Positions 12,601-27,600 are shown, counted from the first letter of the stretch. The stretch is 64,000 nucleotides of DNA from Haliotis rufescens (GCF_023055435.1 NW_025964112.1:20026001-20090000), one strand, 5' to 3'. The notes: generated by a model from the letters alone, not told the origin. Translations and numbers: made by a program.

Positions 12601-15600
12601 GAGCAAAGGGTTGTACCAATCTGTGGTGGTAGTTGTGACATCCTGATGATGATGTTTGCTTACTTTAGTACCTCTTCACCAAATCTACTGCAATGCTATT
12701 CCTAATGATGGAATGACCAGAACTCTGCAGTGTATAGTGAATGGATTAACAGACCAAGTCAAGGACTTTGATGTGGAGTTTCTTGTACTTCACAAATCAT
12801 GGGGATAATATGCCAAACAAGATTGGAGAATATTTGTATATTGTGTGTTTAACTTTTACTGAATTTGGATTTAAAATTATCAGAATCAGATCAACAAGTT
12901 TGTGAGAACTTGCAATTGTGCCCTAATGCCACCCTATCAAAACACATCATAAATGAGATGGATATCTCTCATGTGTTGTGGATGTTACTAATGGTTCAGG
13001 GCACCCCCAGATGGTGTTTGCCTTGTGGCCAGTTCTCACTGACCATTAAGCTGCCAAACTGACCAGCCAGATATTTGACCCCAGTATTTTGGCCAACTGC
13101 TTTTCCAATTATACCAGTCTCATGACCATTTGAATGAGATTTCAAAGTATGACAAGGTAGATTGGCCAGACAAGTACAAGACAAGCAGTTCCTGACTGTC
13201 CAGTCACAATTGTGTCTGACGGAGTTTCTGAATTTGTTTTCAAACAGCAGTGTGTACAGAGTGTGTATATTTTCACATGTAGGACAAAACTGAAATTTGG
13301 AAAGGATTCATATATAGAATTTATCAATTTCTCTATGGTCAAGCCGTTCCAAGGACAACACCTGTATGTTCCTGCCTTCAGTTCTAGTTTCTTATACCGT
13401 GGATTCTCAACCCCAGGCACCTTCCATCTGGGAAGCTGCTGACTTCTCCCCTTGCTGTTTGTGGTAACAACTTGAGATATTCTGTGTAGATATTCTGCTA
13501 CCACAGCCATGCTGACATTTGCAGTAAAGCCGCTATAGTACCTGATTCAGCACCATTCCTGAAAGTCTGCTAGCAGAGTTTTTTCTGAAATCAGCATGTC
13601 GCAGGATCTCCTCTACTGGCGCCGAGAGGTCATTCACTATAATCTGTATGGGAGGAGGAAACAGTTATATTTTCATCATTTTTTTGAACACAGGGGTAGG
13701 TTGTGTAACTATTTAAATAACAGGTTTATTATAATAATTAATTACTTTGATTCTGTAATGATAAAACTTAGAAAGTGATGTTTAGGAAGTGATGTCCCTA
13801 TACTCAAAAAGTGGTTTGTTTTAGTATGTTTGAATTAGGGATCACTGGTAATAGCATTAAAACAAACCTTGTCTCTGTTTATACTCAAACATTGTCTAAG
13901 TGAATCCATAGAGAAAATGATGCAAGTCTATGTTCTAAACTGCACTCCACTACCACTGCCCAAATATATTGCCACTAAGGGTGCGCGGTATTACCGGTAT
14001 ATCGGTAAATTGAGGTTAATTCTTTCCATGAATTCACATTATTATGTTTTAATGCTCGGTATATCGGGTGATTTCAAATAGCGATTTCATCATGTGTTTA
14101 ATGTTATTCACTTGCCAAATACATGTACCAGGTACCTTCAAAATCTGTAATTCCAAAATGCAAGTTCCCATTCTGGAGTTCCTCTGTGGCAGTGATGTAA
14201 CATTGTCATCACTGTCCCGGAGAGTGCATCCTTGCATATTTTTTGAATGAGTAATCTTGTTTTCTTCCATTTATGAACTTCAGTTCCTGCATTGATGTTT
14301 CAAATTGCTTCTGAATCAAATTTTGAATTATACAATATATTGTGAAATGTATCGCAATATCGCCTTGTGCATTGTCGAATATTGCAAACTACTTTAAACA
14401 TCCATTACCCATCCCTTTTTGCCACACAGACTTTTTTTTGTCAACTGCAGTTGCACATATTGTTTCTAAAATCCCTACTGACAATATAATTTTTATGAAT
14501 ATAAAATAATTATTATATTAGTTTGTTACCTAGATTTCTATCCTCAATTACTGATTTATTGCAACTGTGTTATTGTCCCTGAATCAAAACTATATTTAGA
14601 TTACAAAATAAACAGCCAAATAGGAAGTTGATGTGATCTATGAGTGAGACATCCCATCCAATCAGTGACAATCAGTACTCAGACTATGCCCTTGTCTGTG
14701 GAGGAAACAAACTGCTGTCATTGTACAGTGGAAAGTTTTACAGGCTCTGAAAACATAGGCACATGACTCACTGACTTCCGAAAATGATCTTGTCAAATTT
14801 TGATATTTTCATTTCCAGCAATCCCGTACATCCCCTTCTCTGCCCCTGAGATTGAGGATGTTGAAGATACCTCCGCGAAGCTTCGCTGGCAGCTTATTGA
14901 CGTTCCAGCTTTCGAATGTGAAGATGAGCCTCTATCGTTCATGGTTGAGAGTCAGCGTTTCCCTGACTATGAATGGAGGCCTGTTGCCCGGGGAATCACG
15001 GGAACATCTCATCGCTTGACGGGACTGCAGCCACGACAGGATTACTATTTCCGTATCCGAGGAGAAACACCGTATGGACTGACGGAGCCATCCACACCAG
15101 CCACTCTGTACAGGAGACCAGGTCAGCTTCTCTCAGACACAAATATCACTGTTTATCACTTCACAAATATAAAACAATGTTATATGTATCGCTGTTTATC
15201 CTAATCATTCAGAAATGTGTTGTGCCTCTTGAGTAGAGGCTGATTAAATCTGAAAGAACTGAACATTGTACTTCTTCTAGTTCTTCACTCTACCATTATG
15301 TAACTCAACATTTTATCAAGGACAAAATAAAACCCAACTAATTTATAGTAGTAGCACATAGAGAAGATAATATAGCCCATCATGTGCAAGATGAAGATAA
15401 TGCTGTCATTTTTTTGTCCTTGGAACTGCAACACACAACTTAATTGTATGCTCAAAATATCAGATCTTCATAATTTGTTAATTCTTTGCTGTTAACTGTT
15501 CAGTTTCATCAGGAGTGCCAATTGCTAGACCGTCTATTTTCGCCGATGAGCCGTATGGCGCCAGACTCCGTTGGAGCAATGTCCACATTCCATCCCGCAA

Positions 15601-18600
15601 GTCCATGCCAAAAATGTCCTACGTCATCGAGATGCAAGAACCGCCACGAAGGGAATGGACACCAATTGCAAGGGACATAACTGCACATGAGTACAAACTG
15701 ACGGACCTCAGCCCACGCAAGGACTACATGTTCAGGATCCGTGCCTCCGACCCAAGTGGTGACGTCAGCCGACCTACACCACCCATTCCGTACTGGAAGT
15801 CCACTAGTAAGTAGGAGAGGAGAGTGGATACGGTGTTACATAGGAATACCATTGTGATGTCAGATCATTGATATATCATTGTCACCAACAAAATATACAT
15901 GCCCTTTACATCGATTGCTGTAACTCTCTGTAACAGGATTGGATGCACGTGTTTCAGTAGAACTATCATCTTGAGGCACTACGGGTTAACAGCATTTTCA
16001 GTTTTTGTCCAACATAAGACTAACAGTATCTCTCTGATAGGGCTCATTCAGGTTTTTTTACTCCAGATTTTTTGCATTGATAGGGGATGATAAGAAACCA
16101 TTGATACTAAAGCAACTTGCATGTCTGTTCTCCAGGACTGAGCTACGAACCACTGGTTGCTCCAGAATCCCTCATCAACCAGGAGGACTTCACTCTGACA
16201 AACAGACCCTATATCGAAAGCCTCACTGTTAAAGGTAAGTGCTTTTCTGACATTTTTCATTTATTGAATAAATGTTCATAAACTAATTTTTCATTGGGGC
16301 TGATCAATGTCAGAATACAATATGTATATCAATAGTGAGGATGGAGTAACAGTTACAATTCACGAACATATGCAGGAGCTGGGCTTTGAGCAGAGAGACA
16401 CAGAACACGTTGGTATATTATAAATGTATATACTGATGGTAGTCCAAGACATCCAGCACATATCGGAAACAAACAGTTTATAACTCAGTTTCATACCACA
16501 TAACACCTGAGACATATATATCTACATACATTAACAGTGAGTGAGTTTGAGTTTAATGCGGCTTTGAACATTATTCAAGTTATATTACGGCGTGTCAGCT
16601 AAATGTGGGAGGAAAGTCCGAAGTGAGGCAGGTCTCAGACATTTCCACTTTGGTGAAACCCACGAGCACTAGAAACATAATTGGGTGAACCAGGATCCGA
16701 AACCTGTGATCATTGTTTTGAAAGAATGAATAATAACTTTATATGTGCAAATTTGTTATGCTAAGTGTTGATTATTCAGTTGCTGCAATATAGTGAGTGA
16801 GTGAGTGAGTGAGTGAGTGAGTGAGTGAGTTGTGTTTAACGCCGCCTTTGACAGATTTCCAGTTATATCACGGCATGTCAGCTTAATGTTGGAGGAAAGC
16901 CCGAAGTGAAGCAGGTGTAAGATGTTTACCACTTCGGTGAAACCCACTAGCACGGGTATGGTGCTGACAAACCTAGAAACATAATTGGGGAAAACCGGGA
17001 TTCGAACCCACATTCATAGGTTTCTCTGCACAGTGAATCGCGGTGCCTTAGACGACTGGGCCACCAGTGGCCCCTGCTGCAATATCACATAGCTACATTA
17101 TTGTGATTAATAGGGTTTAACATCATCCATATTTTCATTATGTCACAAAATGGTACATCATCACAACAAAATGTTGACTGTAGTGTCTTTGCAGATTTGA
17201 CATTTCAACCAGTTTTCTTCCTAAGATGATAATGGTAATTATTAACATATAGAATAACTTACTTAGGATTTACAAATGATCTGTTCCTCATGAATGCTGT
17301 GAGTTTGATGCATGGGACTTACACTGTTCTTTCACTCAGATAATCTAGTTTGTTGTGGGTTATTCTCTAAATATGTATTTTTATTGTTTCGTATCAAAAC
17401 TTGTCTTGTGACACTTGCAGTTCCACCTCGGCTCACCATTGAGAAGCCCACAATGTATGAGTCGACCCCCGAGTCTGTCCAGCTGTCCTGGCATCCTGCT
17501 CGTGTTCCCAAGGCAACCACCTCCCTCTCCAGGACCACCTACAGAGTGGAGATGCGGCCTCAAGATTGTTTCGATTGGCGAGAGGCGGGATCCGGCATTG
17601 TTGGTACAACTTTCCAAGTAAAGGACCTCCACCCATTCCTGGACTATGCCTTCCGTGTCCGTGCAGTCAATGATTTCGGTTACAGTGAACCAACACTTCC
17701 TGTATTCCTTAACAGACCAATAGGTATGCACGTCAAGACCTTATTTTCAATTAAAATAGGTTTATTAAATTTCATTTCAAAATGGTCAAAATACTATTAC
17801 TTTTGAAAGCATGCATATTAGTGTAAAAAAATCGATATTGCTGTTTGGAGTGCTCTTTTTGATTAAAACTCAGAAATCTGTCAAAATACTCAATTCGAAT
17901 AAAAAAAAATACAATTTTTTATAAAACTTGTTTCATGGATTTGTTATTATGTAAATAATTCCGTACAAAAAAAGAGTTGTTGTTCCTTTATTTGTTTAAT
18001 ACCAGTACTTCTGTGCATGGTGCAATGATGTTTTATTATGATGAAAGTATATGATCATAAATATGATATACATTTCAAGCTGAGTTCTGTGCACAGACAT
18101 TGCGAATATAGCCAGGCAGGCAACTGTTTATTTGGGTAGATAGTGACCAGAACGGTGACCAAAAGCTTGGCGGTAGGCTAGCTGACCAACTTGCTTGGGT
18201 TTAACTGGTTACAAATAATGGCTTATACACATTCAGAATGAGATTTATATAAATGTGTTATTATTTTCTCATATCAATTCTCAATTTGGCCTTAAACAAT
18301 GATGAATTTTAGTCATTAGCTGACAGAATGGTATCAGTTACAAGACCTGTAGACAATATTACATGTACTTGTATTTTTGGTATGACCTGAGTTACCTCAC
18401 TTGTTTCAGAGCACAGGCTGTTGGGTGATGAAGATGATGATGAGGCATTTGACTTCGGAAAACCAATGAGCGAAACTGGTGAGTTATTTCATTATTATGA
18501 AATTAATTGAGTTACGGGAAAACAATGAGAATAAAGTATTTTAAAAAAAACACTTTACATGGGTCCATGGTTTTTTTCCTTTAAAAGGGCCTTGCAGTTC

Positions 18601-21600
18601 AACACAACTCCAAACATTTACAGGTACTGTTTGAAATAAACACACTTGATATTCTAACAATAGTCTCATTCATTTTCACTTTTCCAAATTTCAGGTTGGT
18701 GTAATTACAAAAGAGAAACCAAAATGTATATACGACAATGATTATCCATAGAACTAGTTCAATATAGTCTCATATTTTAACGCAAATGGATAACTCCTAT
18801 AAACAGAAACAATTATTCTTTCAGTGCCACCAAAGCTTCCAATTGATACGCCACGTCTGCTCACCATGGGCCCAGAGTCGGTGCGCATGTCCTGGATGCC
18901 GGCAAGAATCCCAGTGTATGCCAAGTCTACACCCATCACCTACACCATCGAGGTCAAGGACACTCCATCTGGGTCATGGAGGGATCTGATCGGTGGAATA
19001 AGTGACATGAGTCACGAGATTGGTGACCTGAAACCTTCTCAAGACTACCACTTCCGTGTGAGGGCAGAGAATGAGTATGGTGTCAGTGAACCTACCTTCC
19101 ATGCTGTGCTGTCAAGAGCGAAAGGTAGCATAGTATTCTTTATTGGTTAATCCTGTGTGAATAGGCACTTGAGGAATGTGTGACTGTTTGCATGTGGATT
19201 GCTGCTCATGCTATCAACCATTGGTTTATCTGAATAGTGTGAGCATAATCTGTTTTATGGTGACTATTGAACGGGTGGTCAGGCTCGCTGACTTGATTGA
19301 TGCATATCATCGTATCTCAATTGCTGGATTCTCTGGTCCAGACTCGTTTAACAATCAAACAAACAAACAAACAAACAAACAGTACAACAAGGACCCCAGC
19401 AACCTGTACTTGTCGTAGGAGTCTGCTAAATGGTGTGGGTGGTCAGACTCATTGACATGGTTCTTTGCATATCATTTGCCAAAAGCATGGATCGATGCTT
19501 GTGATATCAATCTGGTCCAGACTTGATTATATACAGCCCACCATCATACAGCTGAGAGTGGCACTACAAGCATGGTGTACTCTGGACCTTATCTATCTTG
19601 GAATCCCTATGGGGTACAAACATTGGTAAGAGAGTATTTAATGTGCAAGTGGATAAGATATATATAACTATTCATTATCTAGCTTCTGCCCTTACATTAA
19701 GGGACTTTTTTTTCTAAATTGTTTTGAATACCTCATTGCTAAAATGCATTTTAGGTTTCTAAAAATTATGAACACAAAGTGAGCTTACCATCAGGATGTT
19801 TAAAGCTAAAGCTCCTGTTATATTGTGTGATTATCATATAGCAGTTGAAAGTTTGGATTTGATGTTTTGATCATTTCAGCTGCTGAGAAGAGACGCCCAT
19901 CCATTGAGCGTTCTGACGATGGAATACTGTCATCAAAGACACCATCCTACATCGACAGTCTCATGTCTGGAGGTATGCCTTGAACCCTTGCATATTCATG
20001 TACAACAACTTCCATGCCTAAACCCTTGTTTACCCTCAATACGAAAGAAATGTATGAAGTCAATTGAATAATGTTAATAAGTACTCTGCTTTGAAATTTT
20101 TATCTTGAAGATCTCAAAATGGGATACTTGTCAGGAATATTTTCTATCATGGCCTCCATGCACTGAAGGCTAATGGGCTCTGACAGAAGATCGAGTGACT
20201 GTAGTTTAATTATATTAATGGTCAAGAGTAAGCAAATGAAAAATGTCCATGTGACCATGTAACCATGTGACTGACGTTTGACTTTCAGTGCCTCCAAGAA
20301 CACCTACTGGTCGCCCAACCATCAATAGCCAGACAGAGGATCGTCTTGTCTTGAACTGGCAACCTGCAAGAATGCCATCCTACCTGCGCCAGACGAAGGT
20401 CAGCTATATTGTAGAGCAGCGGGAACCGCCAAATCATTTATGGTCTGTCATTGCTGAAGATGTCCCAGAAACATCCTACAAAGTGCGTGACCTTGACCCT
20501 GAACAGGACTACATGTTCCGAGTGAGAGGTCAGAATGAGTTCGGTACCAGTGACCCCACGCTTCCAACATCTCTAACAAGAGAAAGAGGTAGGTGACTTA
20601 ACTCTGACTTAATTGTCAATCTAGCTGTCAATAGAATCAAATTCAAGATTAAATATGTTCAGGGAAACATTTACAATTTATCATATGGCATCACATATAA
20701 TGAGTGGTAATATTGGTTACTCAGGTAGGAAATATGGGATGTTCTATCTAATCACATACAGTTAAGCCTTGTTAAGCCTTGTTAACTCAAATGCGATCAT
20801 TTGACATATCATTCATGATGAAGTAATTTTATGGTTCTGGTAGAACCTGTATTATGATCATTCTGTTTGCGTCAAAATATTGAACATTCAATGATGCAAA
20901 ATCTTTCTTGACTCAGAAAATGAATGTTTCCTGTTGTAGTGAAGCTAACTTATTACACTATGATAGTGACCTGGGCTTCTGTGAATGCCTCTAAATGGAT
21001 GTACTTCTTCCCACAGAGGACCCCAATGCTCGGGAATACCGTGGACGCTCCAGCTCCAGGGCTCGCAGTGTCAGTCCGTCAGCTCACCGCAGATTGTCCC
21101 TCACACAGAAAGATGACGATCCTTTCTCTGAAGGAATCCGTGAGTGTAGAATCAATTTGATAGGATCAAAAGAATCATGGCCATTTTGCCCAGTCTTAGA
21201 AGACTAGCTATATCATGTGTACAAGAGTCTTTCATATATTTTAGAGGATAGAAACTGTTCAAGATTATGACTGTTTTCATTTTCTTGTGATTCATAATGA
21301 TAAAAATGAATTCATAAAGCTCCTGAATTCCATCATAAAGATGATCAATGGCCCTTGATTAATTCACAAATGTCACAGTTGTTAATTTGCATCTATTTAC
21401 ATCTTCAGTTTTGTCATATTTTCAAAACCAGAATGAATATTAAATCAGGCACTGCTTAATGTATCAGTATCAAATTAATCGTAACCATTTAAATATTTTT
21501 CCAGCCATTGCTCCTGATTTCGTTCTGCCCAAAGAGAACAAGCAGTATGGGGTGGAAGGTGGAACAGCCAAGATCATCCTACAGTTACGTGGTAACCCCC

Positions 21601-24600
21601 TCCCTGTCATCATGTGGTACTTCAATGATGAGAAGATCATCTATGGTGACCGCTACAATACTTACATTTCCCCCAGTGGTCAGGTTGTCCTGGAGTTCAC
21701 AGACATGGGCTGGCCTGATGTTGGACATTACAAATGCGTGGCCGAGAATGACCATGGAATAGCTGAGAAGACCACACATCTTGAGATGGCAGGTAAGAGA
21801 TGATATTAACAATATTTTGCTGTGTAACTGTTCTAAACATAGCTTATTTGCAGCTACCACTGGTACATTGGAGAAAGGCTTGACACAACTTCCAACTGTT
21901 TGCTCTATGGATTGTGCTGTAACATCAATATAGAGCCAGCATAGAGAAGCTAATTGCTTTTTCAATATTTAAACAAGATGACGTCACCGACTTCAACTTT
22001 TTGACTGTTTGTCAGCAAATTTTCAAAATATATTTTCCTTATGATCCTAGCTAGAACTTCTATATCATATTAATAATGTAAAAGGACTTTAATCTTAAAA
22101 AACTTTGGAAATCTGTTCAGATTTAGGGATCACAAGGAAAACGTATGAAATGATCCAAATGATGAAATAAATAGAGCACAGATTCTACATGCACCTTACA
22201 TTCCAGATCCTCCGACCATCATGGTGGCCCTGAAGGACACGACCTTGGTGGAAAGAGGCAGTGGCCAACTTCTATGTCGTATTGATGGTTATCCCACCCC
22301 ATCAGTTAAGTGGAGCAAGGACTGGCGCCCTCTGTCAGAGACATCCAGAATCTATGTGTCGAACCAGAAACCAGACACCTGGACGATGAACATCAACAAT
22401 GTCATGTCAATGGATGAAGGCCAGTACATGGTGGTGGCTGAGAATGTTGCTGGGAAGGTGCACTGCTCTGCCAGGCTCACTGTGGAAGGTAGCTGCATAT
22501 CAGAATTGTTGATTTGGTGTACGTTTTTTTGTAAATGAGTTAATGCCAGATTTAAAAGCATTTTATCATTACTTGTCCTACAAAAAAACCCTATCTAATT
22601 GGGTTTTCCTAATCGGCTGGTCGACATGACATTATATAGATATGACACTGTATAGACATGACATTGTAGTGTTTTATGTGGACACAATTTCTTCATAAGA
22701 AACAGGCACTTGATCTAATACTTTACTGGACCCATGAGGATCAGGGGTAGAATAAGTCTTCAGCAACCCATGCGGCGTAAGAGGCAACTAACATCATCGG
22801 GACCTTGTACTGATAATTTGTTGCATGTGTCCAGAGGTAATGGGGTTTGCAAGCAGAATGTACCTGCTCATCCTTACACATTTAGATCATTATCCATAAT
22901 CCGCTCCAAATGTCATTTCCTTGCGCAATCATTCCCACTATCGACAGTTAGAAGTTTCCACATTTAAATGCAACAAACCACTTGGTATTTTGGCACAACT
23001 GTCAATATTTTCATGGTCAATCCAGTTGTTACATCCCTCCCCTTGAACGCCGTCTTGTATTACTATTCTGCTCCTCCTAAACCCTACAATCCCTTATGTG
23101 ATTTGTTATCAAATATTTGGTATCCTGAAGACAAGCAGAGGACATATTCTCTAAGAAATGGTCATAATTTGAGGATTCCTTTTCACAGATGTCATGCCAA
23201 CCAAAGGTACCACAGATTTCAAAGACACTTCCAGCATCGAGGATGGTTACTACGTCTTGGAAGAACTTGGCAGGTAAGACATTCATTGAAGTATGTGGTC
23301 TGAGGCTAAGTTGACTGATGGGAATCAAGGACAGATGCAGGAATTGTAAAAGTGGGAAAGGGGCAAATTAATAATTTGGCAATGTATATATATATGTTTA
23401 TTTATAGAAATGTTTTTTTAAAGGATAATCCCCATATGTGAATCTGCCTGTAGGATTGCTTGTATATTAAACAGTTTACTCTAACACTAACTTTGATGAT
23501 ACAATGTAGTAATACAATTATAGCTCTTGACATTTTTTTTTTGGATTTCACTGGTATGGTACCAACTGATTAATCTCACATTCCAGGGGTCGTCATGGTG
23601 TTGTGCACCGAGTCATTGAGAAATCAACCGGCAACGTATATGCTGCCAAGTTTGTGCGAGTACGCGATGACACAGAGAAGGATTTCTTCAGGCCAGAACT
23701 TGAAACATCACGGATGGTAGACCACAAAAACCTCCTGTCACTTCATGATGCATATGAAACACCCAAGAAACTCATCATGGTCAACGAACTGTATCCTCAA
23801 CAAAGAACATTCATTAAAGTTCACATTTTATCTTCACCTAACTTAAAATGGGTTTCAGTGTCCCGGTTGCACATTTCATAAAACTGTTATGTTTTCACAT
23901 TGACCTTGGCTAAATAATACCTTGAAAAGTGTGTTTTTTTGTATGAAATACCCTGGATGAGATAATCTTGACACTCCCCACTCTTTTTAGTAGAGTGAGT
24001 GAGTTCACCTTATTGATGAAGCCCTTGAAGGAGGGGAACGGTGCTTATAGACAAAGGATTATGATTCGGGAGATTTTGACTATGGAACTTAATTGTGGAT
24101 AACTTTCAACATTCATTGATGTATGTCAAAAGCAAAATAGTCCTGTTTTCCACAACGATCACAATTCTTTTCAACCTAAGAAGAAAGTATTCAAAGAATT
24201 AATCAATTTCTTGTTTTCATATGAACATACAAGTTGCTTAATCTGCTAACATAGTAGTTAAACATAAAAGCAGTTGTGGAACTTAACCACTGCCAGATTG
24301 ACCGGTGGCTCGCTTCTAGACCGCATCATCAAATCTGGAAGTCTGACTGAGAATAGTGCTGCCTTCTATGTGAGGAAGCTACTGGGAGGCCTGAATGAGC
24401 TTCACAAGATGAACATTGTACATATGGACATCAAGGTGAGGAAGAGGCTAGTCCAACACTGGACTGGATTTCATGTCCTTGACTTCTGTGGCTCATATTG
24501 TTGAGTATTTTATAACATAAGTATCTGGGATTCAAAGCCATGATCAATAGTTTCTGGCATACTCTGCCCAGAGAATTGAAACATTTTAAAACAAAGGTAT

Positions 24601-27600
24601 GTGAATGGGAGACAACCTATAGTAGAACTTCTCTCAACTCTCATCTGAGCTATTGTACCCTGATGGTGTGGATCATAGAAAAGAAAATGTAATTCTTTTG
24701 AAATATCATGCATGTTAACCTAATAACTTTGTGTGCAGCCAAACAACCTGATGTTCCCAAGTCCTGAATCTGATGAGCTCCGGTTGATTGATTTTGGCTT
24801 TGCAAAGAAACTTCCTCACACCAAGGATGTTCTGTTCAACTTTGGTACGCCTGAGCACGCGTCCCCAGAGCAGATTGACCATGAGCCCGTCACTCTAGCC
24901 AGTGACATGTGGTCAGTCGGTGTCCTCACTTACATACTGTGAGTAGCTTCAGTGTTCCTTCATCATATAGTAACAATACAATACACTATATCATTGAAAC
25001 TTAAATATGATATCACATAGAAACATCAAGGCATTTTGTAAGTAATTATATATTTTCACTTCAGTGGAGATAGGAAAGAGGATTTTGTTATTGCTGAGAT
25101 ATAAATGTGGAGAATGTGGGTTAGAATTAGTCCCGAGTAACCTCTGCTTCTTGAAAGAGGTGACTTAAGAAAATGGATTGGGTGCTCCATCATATCCCAA
25201 TGAGTTTGCCCATAATATCAACCCATGGTATGTCTAGACCATGCTCAGTTATTAACAGGTTGCCATGATATAGTGGAAATATTGCTGTACAAATAAATAT
25301 ATAAATAGATCTTGTTGAAATGAAAATCATTTGAGAAGATTGAAAAAATGAGATTCTCTCTTGGCTGATGTCAATGGCTCAGCAACATTTGGAATATGCA
25401 AGATAAAAAGTGATGGATTTTAGATTTGTTCTAACATGAAAATGGACTGCAAAAACAGGTGATGAAGTAATCAAATATAGTAATCCAATCCTGATAGGAA
25501 AATGCCTGCTACCAAAAGTTAGACAGGGATTTGGACAAATAAATAATCTATTTTTTGGTTCTGAGAGATATCGTTTAAAATTAATACCCACCATTTTGCA
25601 GGCTGAGTGGTGTGTCTCCTTTCCATGACAACACTATTCGAGATTCCCTCATCAAGACTGTGGACTGTGACTGGCAATTTGACACCGCCTTCAACAAAGT
25701 CTCTGCCGATGCGAAGGACTTCATCTCCAAACTCCTTGTCCTTGACCCAATGTAAGTGAAGTGAATCCACATGCAGTTTAAGTTTCTTTAGTACATAGTT
25801 CTGATGTGGTTATTCATTACAGCCTCATGTGAACTGAGGTCTCCTGTGCTCATTAATGCCCAACAAAAATGGGGATTGGTTGGTGACAATGGCTGCAATA
25901 TTTCTTGAAAGGATAACCGTCAAGAGGACCAACTCTTATTGACCTGAATGTCATCGTATCTTGATGGCATATTGCTCATTCTGTCATTCCTTTGTTTTGA
26001 TATATAACAATGAGCTTGCTGACAAAATGTCATGGTTAGTTAACTATGGAGAAACTGTTGACACACATATTAACAAATATATATGCAAAACAATATTTCA
26101 TCAATTGGTAACACACTAAGACTTAATCTCTTGAGCTTCTTAAAATTGCATGGAGAGTTACATTTTTGTCTTACAAAACTTTATACAGCCATAGATATGT
26201 CAGTAAATGAATGATGAACCTGATGGATACAGCTGATGATGGAGCCCTGTAGTGTTAACATGGTTTGAATATCCTAATATTATTTCCAGGGACCGCTTGA
26301 CAGTTGAGGAGTGTTTAGAACACTCTTGGCTGAAGAACACCACAGACCGAAATGGAGGTGCTAAGATTGATGTGGGCAAACTCAAGACTTACCAAACTCA
26401 GGCACGCCAGGTAAGCAAGTGTGAGGTAAAAGTGAAAGATTGAAAAGTTTTCAGATGAACTGAGACATGTTTGCAAGGAATCTGGGCAAACAAGACCTTC
26501 ACAAAGCCAATAGGTTAGATCGTTATCTCACATGAGTTTTGTCCCGAGAATTGTCCGGACTCACTTTTCAATGTGTACATTGTTTTCTTGTCCCCAGACT
26601 GGTGAGCCTTCTATGCGGACTGTGGCTGACCTGTACAGTCTGAGCAAGTTGTTAGAGGGCACTCCCCGCCATGGAGGTCTACACCCAGAGGTCGACTCGG
26701 CCACAAGCAAGATCACTTTCCCAGGGTCCGAGGCATATGGAGAGTTTCTTGATGATGAGTCTTGGTAAGGGAATCACACTGACATTCTTTGACTGCAATT
26801 TAATAAATATGAAAGAACCCATTTGATAGATTTCTTTCCATTACATGTGGTAATAGAGCTTATCAATGTTTTCATTGATATGTATTGCTGGTTGTAATTT
26901 CTTGATATACATTGGATTGATACATATTTTCATTTGGGGAAATTTGGAACATCAACCTTTCGTTCTTTTGTTCATTGTGGTGTTTTTGGTTTCCTAGTTG
27001 AGGAAATATCACTTATTGGGTTCATGAAAAATGAATAAAAGGTATTAATTATTGCCAATGCTTGAAAAAATAAGGGTTAGAGTAACTATATCCAGTGTCA
27101 CAATGAAGACAAGATTACACTTTATCATATGCAAATGTCAGAGAAATTCCTGGCACGAAACATTGCATATTGGAGCAGTTATCAAAACAAAACAATCACC
27201 CACAAAGTCATCCTATCGATCCCATGCTAGGTATGACTGGCAGATGCGCTACCAGCCTGGCCATGAATCAGAGCTCTACCCAACCAAGGACACTGATTAC
27301 TCTCTGCGAGTGCGTGGCTACCGGCGCCAAGCTGGTGAGCCCGATGACAGCTTTGACCTTGAAGATGAAGTTTATGGGGATGACGATTACTCTGTAAAGG
27401 CACCTACTGTCCGAGAGCGCCGTCTGTTGTCTGATGTGGACAAGGAAACCCTGCCGCCTTCCCTGGAAAAGGAAATGGCATGGATGGCGGAGATGAGAGA
27501 GAAGAGACCAAAAGATACTGATGAGATGAGCATTGCTTCCAAGCGATCATCCCTGGGATCTGTTTCAACGGAAGGTACTTGAAACTCTTATAGCAGGCTC

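Noticed and set aside
24436-24738. Second U12 intron (gttaac near the acceptor)
   Set aside because: Donor GTGAGG is U2-type
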